Shown piece after piece: positions 1 to 18,403 of a stretch of DNA of 64,000 nucleotides (the first letter of the stretch is position 1; the number at the start of each line of letters is the position of its first letter). The translations under genes and the position numbers were made by a program. Origin of the DNA: the human T2T-CHM13v2.0 reference genome, Homo sapiens; the NCBI RefSeq assembly GCF_009914755.1, contig NC_060946.1; one strand, written 5' to 3'. The notes under the pieces were generated by a model. It saw only the letters and a program-made list of their open reading frames with translations. It ran no database searches and was not told where the DNA came from.

Positions 1-330
1 TCGCAGGGGTTTCCTGGTTTCTGGCCTGGGCAAGGTGGGGTTAAGAACCCAGAAAGGAAGCTGGCTGAGGTTTGGCCACATAGTGTGTGCAGAGGACACG
101 GGAGCAAGGTCCTGCGGCAGTGACCAGAGGGCATCTGGTGATACAGGCTGGGCTCCAGCAGGGCCGGGCTGGGGGTGCAGGGCCTCGGAGTTGAAGTGGG
201 TGTGAGCAGGGTCCTGCAGGGATGGCTATCCTGCCCTTCTAGGAGAGAGGGAAAGAGGAATGGGGCCTGATGGGCAACCAGGGGGCTCTCAGACCTCAGG
301 ACTGCAGTGTTTTCTTCCCTCTGCCCCCAG

Positions 331-411
331 CATCCACAACGGGGTGATCGCCGTCTTCCAGCGCAAGGGGCTGCCCGACCAGGAGCTCTTCAGCCTCAAC
401 GAGGGCGTCCG
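331..411 (+). CDS. PRR5: PRR5 (Protor-1) internal coding exon ('exon 2'), 81 nt, IHNGVIAVFQRKGLPDQELFSLNEGV
   Basis: Acceptor ttccctctgcccccag|C and donor CG|gtgagt. The translation matches the recalled PRR5 N-terminal conserved region and is in frame with the next exon. Confidence 0.95.
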
Positions 412-1409
412 GTGAGTGCCTGTCCCACCTTGGTCCAGGGTCCTTGAGTGGCAGGGAGGGCTAGGCCCAGAGTCGAAGGCCCCAGCCAGGCCCCTGACCC
501 GCCAGCCACGCCTGTGCTTCCTCCCCTAGAGGCCATCTGTCAACAGGAGAGCGAGGCCCAAGTTAGCAGTGGCCATGGGGCCAGGACGTGGTTTCCCGAG
601 CTGCCATGTGGGCCATGACCTCCATAAACCACTTCAGGCCTGGTGGCCCTGCACCCCCACAGCCCCAGAGAAAGTTCTTCAAGGGGAAGCAGGGTGGGAC
701 TTGGACAGCCGCTGGAGATGACGCTGACGGCCCCCGCTGGTGCTGAGCATCGTGAAGGATATTTATTCTGTTAAAGAGGAAGGACCCACCTGCCTAACGA
801 CGGGAGTGTTATTCCCGGAAAAGCAATTCCAGCCCTGCCAAACACCCCTCGTTTCCTGTGAATAGCCGGGAAATGAGGATTGCGAAGCAGCAGGCTGGAC
901 ACACACCCAACAAGCTGCTGCCCCAAGCCAGGTGGCAGGAGCTTCAAGGGAGTCTAGGGTTGCCATTTGTAGTGGAGGAGGCCAAAGCTCAGAGAGGTCA
1001 AGTGACTCGCCCCAGATCACACAGCTGCTCCAAGGAGGCAGTTCCCAGCTCTGTGCTATTTCCTTTGGCCCTGACCCTGTTACCTTGTCCCTGTGTCAAA
1101 AGAATACTGGCAAAATAGGCAGTAACCCTTCCCCTTGTTATTCAGGAGAAGAGTCAGTGGACTGGCCAGACTTTCATACGCAGGCGCCCCCCTCCACCCT
1201 GTGTGGCAAAGCTGAAGGGGCCCTTACATGTGGGTAAACTGAGGCCCAATACATGCCGCTTGTTCAGGGTGTCCTGCTTTTCTCTGGCTTATCTGGCCCA
1301 CCCCTGGGTGGGGCTCTGGGAGCTCATTTTCCTGATGAGCCTCTGCTTCAGGAAACAGGAGCCTAAAGGATCTGCCAGGGGGCGGGGTGGGGGGCAGTTT
1401 GGTTTGGTT

Positions 1410-5113
<3,704 letters not shown>

Positions 5114-6848
5114 GAGAAAACAAGAAAAAAATCTTAACAAATAAGTCACTCTCTGTCCAGAGGGCTGCGGATTTAAGGACCCAAACCTCTTTTTATCTTG
5201 ATGGCTTTGGATGACATTATCCCTGACATGTCATTGTTATGTGACCCACCCTCTTAGACAGAATCTGAGGCCCTGGGCGCCCTCGTTGTGCTCAGCCGTG
5301 AGGTCCGTTTCCCCTGTGCTTAGTGGCCTGGGCTGCTATGTGCCGCCTGTGTTGTCCGTGCAGAATACAGCCAGGGTGTCTGTCTGGGGCAGTCTCTCTT
5401 CTAGCGTCCCATGTGGCTCATACTGTTCTGCTTTTGACCGTGAGAAGCGTGCATCTGAGTCCTCAGGTTAGCGCAGGAGTTCATGGACAGGAGCTGGGGC
5501 CGCCTGCTCCCTGCAAGGCCTCTCCTGCTGGCTCCTGGCCAAGTCACAGATGATCTGTCCCTGCCCAACTCCAGCACCAAGTCCTGCTGGCCTAGCTGCT
5601 CCCAGGAAGCAGCAAACCCCCTGGATGGGATGTCCCAGCCTCTGCTTTCTGGCCCTGCAGACCCTTCCCACAGCTGTCTCTCTTGAGGCTGACATCCCAG
5701 GTATACCCAGGCTGTCCCCTCTGTGGCCTGCTAGCCCCTAGGGCCTGGGATTTGCTGCAGCTTCATCCCCTGGGCTCCCCTCCTGTGATTTGAGGACATC
5801 CACACCCCCTCTTCTCCCTCCCTGGCATGGTGTCCTCTATTCCTAGCATGCCTGGGGCTGGCTTGGGGTTCCCCTTAGGGAGTGGTCCCCTCCCACTGTC
5901 AGGGAGCCCGTGCTCAGCTCAGCTCAGGCCAGGTGGCCGTGCCCGCAGCCTGTCAGCAGCAGGTCTCACGTGCAGGCCAGAGGTGCTGTTTGGATTTAAG
6001 CTACTTGACTTTGAAGTTTCCCACAATCCCGGACTGGGCAGGCCCTCTCTTTGTGTTCTGTAGGAAGGATGTCTGTTTTTCATCTGCAGGACTAGGGCTC
6101 CAACCTTGGGTTCCCTGATCCAGCCTTTGACTTCAACAGTGCGCTTCCAGAGCCTCAGTCTCCCCATCTCTGGAGTGAACATGGTTCCCATCTTGTAGGG
6201 CTTTTGCATGGTTGGAGTTGGTGTGCGACCCCTCCTCTGCCTGGAAGGGGTCTCACAGGTCAGGAATGAGGGGAACCCAGGTGCTGGCAGCTGCCAAGTG
6301 GGAGTTGCCCGTCCGTTTAGCATTCATTGTGAGCACCCACTACTTACACGCTTGAGAGGTGGACGAGGCCTTCGGCAGCATTCCTGGCCAGGGGCAGTGG
6401 GTCCTGAACTGGCCACTCATCCTCAGCCTGTGGTCAGTTCAGATCTGAGGCCGTGTCTGTGCTCTCATTGGGGTCCGGGAGAGTTGGTGGGCACCGTGCA
6501 AATGGGGGGATGCTCAGCCAGTGATGCCCCTCACCCCTGCCCAGAGAAGGAGTGCGCTGAGTTCATTCATTGTGAGCTGTTGGGTGAGAGGAAATGTCAG
6601 AGGAGGCCAGGGGAGCCGGAGAGGTGGCCAGTGGGTTGGAGCCACCCCAGGTAGGGCTTCGTTAGGGCCTCTCCGGGATTTCCAGCCATTGTGAGCCAAG
6701 GGGCCATTTGGTCCTGAAGGAGGCATTCATTTGTTCACTTATTCCTTCGTCAGCATTCACACCCGCACTCATCATGGGCAGGGAGAAGACCAGAAAGGCT
6801 TTTCTGAGCTACAGCTGCTCCTGATCCCAGTTGACCCCCGGGACCCTC

Positions 6849-7442
6849 TGTTACCGGTGGAGGGTGTCCAGGTTCTTGGCGCTTTGAACAAAGAATTGAA
6901 CAAAACACACAAACAAAGCAAGGAAAGAATTAAGGAACAAAAGCAGAGATTTATTGAAAACGAAAGCACACTCCCCAGGGTGGGAGCAGGCAAGCAGCTC
7001 AAGGGCCAGGTTACAGAATTTTCTGGGGTTGAAATACCCTCTAGAGGTTTCCCATTACTTGGTGTACACCCTATGTAAATGAAGTAGTGGCCCGCAATCA
7101 GTGTGATTGGTTGCAGAAAGCGACCAATCAGAACCTGGAAGTGAAGCACCCTATGCAAACATCCGATTGGTTGTGGAAAGTGACCCATCAGAAGCTGAAG
7201 TTACAAAGTTATACTCCTATGCAAATGAAGACTTGGCCCAACCAATTGTGGTAGGGGACGAATCAGAGGTTCTTGCAGTTTTTCATCTGCCGTGTAGAAA
7301 AGAGGGGTTGCAAAGGAAGTAGCCTCCGGTCCTTTTGTTACTTGGGCATGGAACATTGGGGTCTTCCTTTGGATTTAGTTCTAGGAAGTCAGTGTGAATT
7401 GGCCTTAGATTCCCTGCCTCCAGACCCTACTCTCCTGCCTCA
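6849..7442 (-). mobile_element. Solo ERV1 LTR, MER51A-like
   Basis: Minus strand starts TGAGGCAGGAGAGTAGGGTCTGGAGGCAGGGAA and ends ...GGTAACA. 4-bp TSD cctc at 6845-6848 and 7443-7446. Several CCAAT boxes. Confidence 0.8.
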
Positions 7443-8608
7443 CCTCCTGCTGTATGTTCACATGGATCTCAGGCCACAGACAAGGGTGCCGAGGCCCAGA
7501 CAGGGGAGGGGTCTCGTCCAGAGTCACATGGCGTGCTAGCAAGCACCGGGGCCTGCCCTCCAGCCCTGACTTGCTGAGCAGACGCCCTCGGGTTCAGCCT
7601 CATGCCTTCTATGAAGACCCTCCCTTCTCACCTGGTGCCCTGCTCTCTGGCATCACTCAAAGTGGCCCTGCAAGTAATGCCTGCGGTAACTTTGAGACAG
7701 ATGCTGCGTGGACGTGGGGATCACTCCATGAGGTTGAGGTCACAGCTTGGTCCTTGGCGGACCAGAGGACAGGTCACGGGGACAGTGGGAGAAGGTTGGG
7801 GGGACTGCTGGGGCGGGGGCTGCCTCGGGGCACCATTGTCTGTGATCACAGGGTGAACCTCAGCCTTGTTAATGCCACTGCGCTGATTTCACAGTTGTGC
7901 AAGGGAGGAGGTTGGGCCTCAACGCCAGTCCTGTTACTAAGGGAAGCTGCTGGCCAGGAGCAGGGCCAGGCTCCAGGGCTGGAACCACTCAGCTGCGCTG
8001 TTAGCCTGAACCTCAGCTTCCCCATCCATGAAATGGGGACACTAACATCACCTGTCAGGTGGCTGTGAACGGAGGCCTGTGACTGGCCTGCCTCAGCACT
8101 GCCCACAGAGCTGTGCAGGAACGTTAGTATTTTGCCCTGTGCTTCCGTGCACCTGCAGTACTGCCCGAGCCCCAGGCTCCGGTGATGGCCAGGTGCAGAA
8201 GCAGGAGCCACCTCCATCCCAGCACCTGAGTGCCGGTTCCCTCAGCCCAGGCCACGTCTCTGGGCTTCACTTAGCTCCCAGATTCCACACCCCATGGCAT
8301 GGTGGGGGCAGCCAGCCCTGAACTGGGGTCCAGCCTACAGCTTCTCCAGGAATAAAAAGTACAGCCACCCCAAAAGGGCCTCTGAGGACTAGATCATGCA
8401 GTCACTGTGTTTGGGGGGATGGTATGTTTATTGCATCTCCACCAGCACCCCCAGATCCATGGTTAAGAGAGCTGACCGGAGCAGGAACAGGAGACTTTGT
8501 CACCCTCTGACTCCTGGTGGCCAGGGGCACAGTGAAAAGGGTAGGCAGCTTGCAGGAAGCAAGCCTTATTTGGGCTTTTTTTTCCCAGCATGTTGCTTTT
8601 GAAAACTC

Positions 8609-9864
<1,256 letters not shown>

Positions 9865-9881
9865 TAATTCAGGACTGATTA

Positions 9882-10192
<311 letters not shown>

Positions 10193-10984
10193 GTTTTCCT
10201 AAAGGGAATAGCAACCTAAAAAGTAAGATTTCTGATGTATTTGGTTCAGAAGACTGTTGGGAGGTCATATCTGGGGCCTCAGCGCTGACAGTGCCTGTGT
10301 ACTTTCAGCCTGGCTGGTGTGGAATGTGGTGCTCCCATTCTCTCAGGCCCTGGAGGTATGTAGGGAGGGAAGGAGGAATTGTCAGTGTTGAGTGCCAAGG
10401 TGGAGGTTCAGATCTCAGCTCTGGCGTGTCCCATGTGGACCTGGTCTGGTGTCTTGACCTCTGCGAGCCTCTCTTGCCTCCCCTGTAATAAAAGGGGAAC
10501 CCCGGTGAATGCCTGCGGCTGGGTTGGTGAAGACTGAATGAGCTTCTCTGGAATAAAGAGTAAACACTTGGGAAGAAGCTCTGCAGGCGGAGAGAGGAGG
10601 AGCCCGTGGCATCCGGGATTTGGACAGGTGGAAGGCAGGAGCAAACCAAGTGTTGCAGGCCCAGCCCTGCCAGGTGTCTCTCCAGAAGGTGTGAGACGCA
10701 GAGGCCACTGTCTTCCCTCTGAGGACCCCTTGGCTTCCTCTGCTATGACATGAGTGCAGGGATCTAGTTGATGAGCTGCCACTGCGGACCATGGAGGCCC
10801 CGGTTGTGTGGCCGACCCAGCCCCTGCAGGTCTGGACAGGTGGGACCTGTCCACTACCCATGTTTTTGGGCTGGCTGAGCATGCTGATCTCCCCCTGCCC
10901 AGGAGGCCCCACCCCAGTCCGTGGGTCCCCCATGCCAGTGCCGTGTGGTCTGGGACTCACTCTTGTCTCACCTCCCACCCACAG

Positions 10985-11033
10985 GCAGCTGTTGAAGACA
11001 GAGCTGGGGTCCTTCTTCACGGAGTACCTGCAG
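10985..11033 (+). CDS. PRR5: PRR5 coding exon 3, 49 nt, (R)QLLKTELGSFFTEYLQ
   Basis: Acceptor cctcccacccacag|G and donor CAG|gtaggt. Peptide visible in ORF 10791..11075; phase matches both neighbours. Confidence 0.95.
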
Positions 11034-11223
11034 GTAGGTGGGTCTTGCTCCAGCCAGGCTGGGCCTGCCTCATGAGCCAGCCAGAAAGCACAGGGGCTCA
11101 CCTGCCCCCGGGGGTGTGGAGCGCCGGCTCCCCCACTGTCTGCCTGCAGTTCCAAGGACCTGCCTCGTTCCTTATCTAGCCACGTGGAATGTTGTGGAGG
11201 TTAAATGATAAGATGAGGTGAAT

Positions 11224-11705
<482 letters not shown>

Positions 11706-12317
11706 AATTCTGTACATTTCATATTGGTGGCATAACACGGCCTGCGGACTTTTGTCTGGACTCTTTCTCTTAGCATCAGGTTCTTTCTCATTGGAGCACA
11801 AGCCAGTGCTTCATTTCTTTGTGTGGAGATGGGCTGCATTTTGTGGTCCATGCTTTCATTGGCGGGTGCTTGGGTTGCTGAGACCACACAGCGTGGTTCT
11901 TGGCCGAGCCACCCCAGGCAGTGCGTCCAGGGTCCCTGAGGTAGGATGGCAGCTGACGGGCCCGGCCTTTGGTAATCAGAGTCACCTCTTGATGCAAAGT
12001 CCTTTCTTCACTGTGGGACATGCCAGGCTTCTGCCTGCCCAGCTGAGCCCAGTGCAAGGAGCTCTAGGCCCTGCCCACCTCTCGGGATGTCCGTGTGACC
12101 ACCTCCTGTCTCGTGACAACCCGGGGTTGGGTCAGTTACCCTCCTGGATGAACTGATGCTCAGGCCCTGCAGCAGGTGGACTGTGGGACCTCAGTGAGTC
12201 TCCTCCCCCTTTAAGCCTTGGCTGCTCACTGGTGGATGGACTCTCGGGGGCCCTGCTGGCCAGGACACCCCCGGGCATCCACAAGGGCGGTGACAGCCCC
12301 TCTGTGTTTACCTTCAG

Positions 12318-12375
12318 AACCAGCTGCTGACAAAAGGCATGGTGATCCTTCGGGACAAGATTCGCTTCTATGAGG
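12318..12375 (+). CDS. PRR5: PRR5 coding exon 4, 58 nt, NQLLTKGMVILRDKIRFYE
   Basis: Acceptor gtttaccttcag|AAC and donor GAGG|gtgagt. Internal ATG at 12339. Confidence 0.95.
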
Positions 12376-14876
12376 GTGAGTGTGGGCCCCTTGGCGGCCA
12401 CTCTGGGCCATGCTGGGTCCTGGCTGGCTGCTGGACTGCTGGGCCTCGTGCTGGGGGCCTCTGGGTGCAAGGTGTGGCTCTCTGGTCCGGAGGGCTTGGA
12501 AGGAACACGTATAGCCTTAGGGCAGCAGGGCCGAGATCCTTACCCAGAGGGAACCCTGGGAGAGGGTCTGCCCCCCGAACTTGCTGGAGCCCAGGAGGGC
12601 TATGAGACATCGGGGAAAAGCCCCCTGCTTCCCCTCCCTGCCCACGGGACTTTCTGGCCCTAGTGAGCTCTGTCCCCGCAGCCTGGGAGAGCCCCTGTCC
12701 TGGTCTTTGGGGGTCAGAGGAGAAGTCGGTTAGGGCTGAGGTCACCGATACTCACAGAGGAGGGGACAGGGTGGGGGACTCAGCTGAATTTTCTCTGTCG
12801 AGGCTCACAGCCACCCACTGGGACCTTCAGGTTATTGTTCCTGAGTGGGAGAGTACAGTGATGATAAGTGATTTGCCCAAGGCTACAGTGCACATCAGGG
12901 GTGGGGGCGGGACTCAAACCCAGGTCTGCCTGACTTTAGGGCACACACCCTTTGCCCTTCTCACGGCCCGGAGGTCCCCGCTGGCCTCACTGTGCAGGTT
13001 GGGCTTCCCGTGGCCGAGAGCCTCGGGCAGCAGCAGCAGCGTGCGCATCCTTGCAGGAGCGAGCTGCCCTGGGAGCGGGGTCAGGTGAGGGGGTCCACTC
13101 AGTTCCCACGGATGCTGCTTTGCTCGGGCTGTGCTGGGATCGGGCCTGCGCTGTACCCGTGTGTTGAGCACCTGTGCACTAGGCACCGGGTGTGTGCGTC
13201 CCTCCGTGCTGGACTGCCCCGAGTGTTTCACATCTACTAACTCATTTGATTTCCACAACCCTGTGAAGAAGCCACCGTTGTTAGCACTGAATGAATGGGG
13301 AAAGTGAGGCACGGTGTCCTGCCCAGGCCACACAGCTGCACCGTGGCAAGGCCAGGGTGCCAAGCAGGCCACCGGGTCCCGAACCCATACTCTTCACTCT
13401 GCTGCCCCAGGCTCCTCCTCCAGGTCTCCCTCTGACCCTGGGAAAAAGAGCTACTAGCCCACTCCACAGAGAAGGACACAGGCCCGGAGGCCTGGCATGT
13501 TCCAGGGGACCTTGGAGCTGCGTGTCATGGTCCTTCCTCACGTCCACTGAACATGTTGGGTGGGGCCAGCCAAGACAGGAACACAAAGAGAGGCCATGAA
13601 AACCATCAGACCGTCGGGGAGACATGGGGGTTCTGGGAAGGCTTCCTGGAGGAGGCAACATCTAGACTGGCAGGACAGAGCTGTGAGCATTTGGCACCTG
13701 AGGAAGATGGCCACCCACGCCCCTCGCTTGATGCGGCACATTCTGGCGGTGCCTGTACCTCCCACCAGATCTGGCCTAGGGGAGCCGGGGCTCTCGGAGA
13801 AGGGAGTTTTGTGTGGCTTGAAAGGAGCTCTGCGTGGGACAGCCAGGTCTGCCAGGCCTCCCAGCAGGGGTGCCTGCCCAGCAGAAGGGGCAGAGGACAG
13901 CCCTGGGAGGCCCAGCATCCTCTTCTGCCTCGCCAGCCCTTCCTGGCCTCCCCAGGTCTCAGGGACAGGCACTGGGCTCTACGCTGGGAGTCTGAGGCCC
14001 TGGCCTCCAGTTCCCATGTAGCTGCAGACACAGGGTTTCCTCTCCAGCCTCAGCACCCCTGTCTTAGCAATGTGGGGTTGAACAGGCTCTGTCCACTTGA
14101 GTGTTCTCTACATGTCAGGCCCAGGTGACCTCTGGGAGCCCAGAGATGGAGGAGAACCTGGCCCTGCCCTTCAGGGACTCACAGCCCAATTGGGGACACA
14201 GACACGGACCCGAGGGTGACAGTTGAGTGTGATTAATGTCATTGTGAAGGAGTGTCCTGGGGAAGAAAGGGTTCATTCCACCTTGGCAGTCAGAGAGGGC
14301 TGCATGGAGGCAGTGGCCCTTGAGTAGGGCCTCAAAGTGTGGTCTGTTCAGGGGAACTTGTGGTCCCTTTTGGCCCCATGCAGTGGGGACATAGCCACCT
14401 CCACATCCTGATGGGCGGCCTCAGGGGCCTCCCCCTTCCTGCTCCCTACCCCTGCTTGGGTTCCACTGGGAGCTCTTCACTTTGAGCCTGCTCCTTGCAG
14501 CTGTCCCTACAGAGCCTCTACCAGAGGTGGGTGATGGCCCCCTGTGGGGAAGCCCCAGGACCTTGCCCCCTGCCCCTTCTCAGCCTCCAGGGAGGCCTTG
14601 GACTTCAGCCCCTGGGCAGAGCCGGTCCTGGAAGCGGAGAGCCTGGAGGAGTGGCCTTGAGGTGGAGGGCTGCCTCCCTAGGAAGGGGAGGAAGACTGGA
14701 CCGCGGCCGGGGTTGTAGTTTGATGGCCTGTGTGTGGCTTAAGGGAATCGGCTCCAGCTGCAGCCAAGCAACTCCTTGGAAGCCAGAAACTTGGGAACTC
14801 TGGGCGGGAGCTCCTGGTCCTCTGCTGGGCCCTGGGATCTGCCGTCGCTCATCCACCAGGGAATCCAAACCCGGTA

Positions 14877-14892
14877 TGGGTCACGTGACCCA
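14877..14892. promoter_or_regulatory. Perfect palindrome TGGGTCACGTGACCCA containing the CLEAR/USF E-box GTCACGTGAC
   Basis: Read directly; sits at the start of a CpG-enriched intronic patch (~14870-15720). Function is not shown. Confidence 0.5.
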
Positions 14893-16879
14893 GCTGTGCT
14901 GCCTTACACGCTTGCCTCCATGCCTGTGCCTCGGCCGTCCCCGCGCCAGACACCCTTGACCTGGTCCACCCAGCGCGTGGCTTTTGTCACTGCCCTGCGC
15001 TCCTCACTGTTCCTGAGTCTCCCGACGGGCTGAAACAGGGTTGTTGGTTTGCAGGGCCTGCACAGGGCCCTCAGCACTCGGATAAAGAAAGGAAAGACGG
15101 ACACCAGCCTGCGCCCACAGCGAGAACCCCAGAGTGGGAGCCAGCACGGAGCCAAGGCTACTGCGGGGCCGCTCGCCTGCATCAGCCCCTGCTACTGCCA
15201 GGCTGGAGCCAAGGTACGGCGCGCACACACCCGGCCCCGTCCTGCCGGCAGCAAACGCCCAGTGCTGTTTCATCTCAGCTTTCGACCTGCCCACGTGGGG
15301 ACGTGTATCACGCCCCTTTCATAGAGGATGCCACTGAGTCCGCCTGGAGGAACTTCCTGGGGTCGCCCCATACCTGCCTCCGACTAACCCTACTGCCCCA
15401 CAGAGGGGCCCCCACAGGACAGGCCCCGGCAGAGAGCCCCAACAGCCGCGAGGCTGCCCTTCCTGGCCTCTCGTCACCGTGTGGCTCCAGCTGGGGCCTG
15501 GATTCTGTTTTACAACATCTGCTTTCCGCAGCATTTCCGCTCCGTGGGCTGGAGAACAGCCTGCGCTGAGCAGAACGCAGGCCTGGCCGGTGCCCAGAGC
15601 CACCCCCCGGCCAGCCCGGGAACTGAGCTGCCTTTCTTCCTGCCGCGGCGGAGGGGGACTGAAGGGACTTTGTGTGTGGGCACAGTTCGGCGGGGCGGTG
15701 AGCATCCATCCGTCCGGGGCATTCCTGCTGGCCCCCATCACCCTCAGAGCCAGGTTTGGGCTACCCGGGTGGGCAGAGGGCTGGCCACTGGGCTGGGAGC
15801 CAAAGATGGGACCCAGTCCAGCTCGGCCCCAGCCCCCAGGGCTGCCCCTGGCGGGGTCCCACTCCTAGTGCCCTCGAACCTACATGAAGCTGGGGGCTTC
15901 CGGGAGTGGGGGCAGGGCCCAGAGAGTGAGAAAAAGGCAAAGGTCCCTGTTCAGCCTCCGCATTCCCATGGAAACCTCAAAGCAGTTCTGGCCGGGGGCG
16001 CAGCCTGAGAGACAGCCGGCAACGCTTCCCTCTTCACTCAGAGGCGCCCACACCAAGATCTCTCTCGCCAGTTGTTCGTCTGGCTTCCAGGGGACAGCAG
16101 AGGCCTTGGGGACACGTCCTTGGACTGTGCATCCCTGGACCCAGCAGCCCTCATCCCAGCTCCGCTCAGTCCAGGCAGAAAGGCCAAGGGTTCTTCACGT
16201 TGCCTCTCCCACTGGAACCCAGAGCCAGCTTGGGCAGCTGTCCCCGTCCCACAAGGGTCACTCACCTGGTGCATGGCACCGTTCCTCTCAAGGCCAGCAG
16301 AAATCCTACAGAGCTGGTCCCGATGTCTGCTACCTACGTATCTGTTTCAGAGACTCACCTGTCAAGATGTGTCCCCATACCACTACGTCTGGCAAGCCCA
16401 GCTCCTATAGCCAGCTTGGATGCTCTTCCTCCAGGAAGCCCTCCCTGCCTGACCCTCTGCACCCTCTTCTTCCTTCGACGTGGTGCTGCTATTGGAAGGG
16501 GTCTCCGTGGATCCCCAGACCTGACCACAGGCAGAGCTGGCCTGGCCCTGGGTCCTCTGGGCCACTGACTGTGGTGCACCCTTTCCTCGGAGGCTCAGCC
16601 TCTGTCTGCTTGGTGGGGGGTCGATCACCCCTGGCTACTGCCCTTATGATCCTGCTCAGTGTCCCACTTCCCTGTCATGTGATGGATGGGCAGCTGTTTG
16701 GGGCTCAGCTGGGTCCCCAGTGCCCAGCATCAGCGCCAGCACACAGTAGGTGTTCTGTGTTTGTTGGAGGGGCAGATAGTGTGGGGGAAGGAGGGAGGAG
16801 GTCGGTGGGTAGAAGAAATCAACTGCTTAGCCGGGTTGTTAGGAGGATCTGATGAGACTAGGATGTGAGTTGAAACTGC

Positions 16880-17134
16880 TGTGCCAGGCACACCTGTGTG
16901 GGTCTCACTTGTGCCAGGCATACCTGCGTGGGTCTCACCTGTGTAGGTCTCACCTGTGCCAGGTGTACCTGTGTGGGTCTTACCTGTGCAGGTCTCCTGA
17001 TGCAGGTCTCACCTGTGCCGAGTGTACCTACCTGTGCGGGTCTCACCTGTGTCAGGCGTACGTGTAGGGGTCTCACCTGTGAACGTCTCACCTGTGCCAG
17101 GTGTATACCTGTGTGGCTCTCACTTGTGTGGGTC
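16880..17134. repeat. Degenerate 15-bp minisatellite (cacctgtgtgggtct / cacctgtgccaggca)
   Basis: Units read directly; produces the repetitive ORFs xxLTC and QVRPT in the track. Confidence 0.9.
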
Positions 17135-17470
17135 TGGTATGTGACAAAGGCCTGGGAATTGGCAGCTGTCATCTGCCAGGAGCAGACCCTGAGCCAAGTT
17201 CCCTGTGCCTTAGGCTCATTTCATGCCCTCAGCTCTGGGAGGCCAATCCCTTTACTGCCACATTTTATAAATGGAAGACTGAGGTTAAGCAGTGGGCCCA
17301 GGGCCATAGAACAGCTGAGCTGTGGAGCTGGACATCGACCTTGGGCAGGTGCTGCCAGGGGCCTGAGCCCAGGCCCTCCACTCCCGCATCCTCTGATGAC
17401 CCATCCTGGGTGAGTGGAGGCATCTGCCCGCGCCAGTCAGGCCCAGTGGTGATGGCCCCCATGCCCACAG

Positions 17471-17562
17471 GACAGAAGCTGCTGGACTCACTGGCAGAGA
17501 CCTGGGACTTCTTCTTCAGTGACGTGCTGCCCATGCTGCAGGCCATCTTCTACCCGGTGCAG
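17471..17562 (+). CDS. PRR5: PRR5 coding exon 5, 92 nt, (G)QKLLDSLAETWDFFFSDVLPMLQAIFYPVQ
   Basis: Acceptor cccacag|GA and donor CAG|gtgggc. The W-x-F-F...LP-x-LQAIF-x-P motif is typical of the HbrB/Protor (Bit61) domain. Confidence 0.96.
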
Positions 17563-17991
17563 GTGGGCAGCCCAGCCCTGGGGAGGGAAGCCCAGTGCCC
17601 CTGCTGTGCCCACCCTGGCCTCACTCTACAGAGGGGGGCCGCCAGGCTTGGGGACACACACACCTGCTCTGCTCTGTGCTGCTCTCCTTGGGCTACCTGA
17701 GTTGCTCAGAGCCTGTTTCCACCCCTTCAAGCTGCAGATATGGACGCCTCCCTCCCTGTGAATCCCCCAGCAGCGAGGCACAGCGTAGGGGCTCTGTGAC
17801 AGTAACCCTTTCACTGCCAGAGGAAACTGAAGGGGCCCTCTATCCTTGGGACGGGGTCATCTGAGGAGAACGGGGTGGAGGGGCCTGAGGGTCGGCAGGT
17901 CTCTTCCCCCTGTGGGGTCCCAGGACCGGGAGAGGGGAGATGAGGACGCATGTGACCACAGCCGGTGGGGTGGGGTGCCTTCCGTCCACAG

Positions 17992-18132
17992 GGCAAGGAG
18001 CCATCGGTGCGCCAGCTGGCCCTGCTGCACTTCCGGAATGCCATCACCCTCAGTGTGAAGCTAGAGGATGCGCTGGCCCGGGCCCATGCCCGTGTGCCCC
18101 CTGCCATCGTGCAGATGCTGCTGGTGCTGCAG
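17992..18132 (+). CDS. PRR5: PRR5 coding exon 6, 141 nt, GKEPSVRQLALLHFRN...IVQMLLVLQ
   Basis: Acceptor ccttccgtccacag|GGC and donor CAG|gtgggc; phase 0-0. Confidence 0.96.
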
Positions 18133-18403
18133 GTGGGCACAGTGGGCAGAGGGTCGGGCATGGGGACCGTGGGGCAGTAATTGGGCTCAGGTCCCCACAG
18201 GCAGAGCATGAGATGAGGATTTAGGGGCACGAGACTTAAGGAAGGGCCCGATCAGAGGAGAAGCCTGTCAGGGCCAGGGACCGGGGAGCAGCTGGTCAGA
18301 GCTGTGGGTGCAGGAGAGCTCAAGCTGCAGACCCGTTCCTCTTGGGCACAGGGCTGGGCCTTTACACCCTGTGTCGGCCAGCCTGGGGCTGTGCCCACCC
18401 CCA

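Noticed and set aside
15884-16852. 322-aa ATG-initiated ORF in PRR5 intron 4
   Set aside because: No recognisable domain and a Ser/Pro/Gly composition typical of GC-rich non-coding DNA. It cannot be supported without ribo-seq or codon-conservation data.
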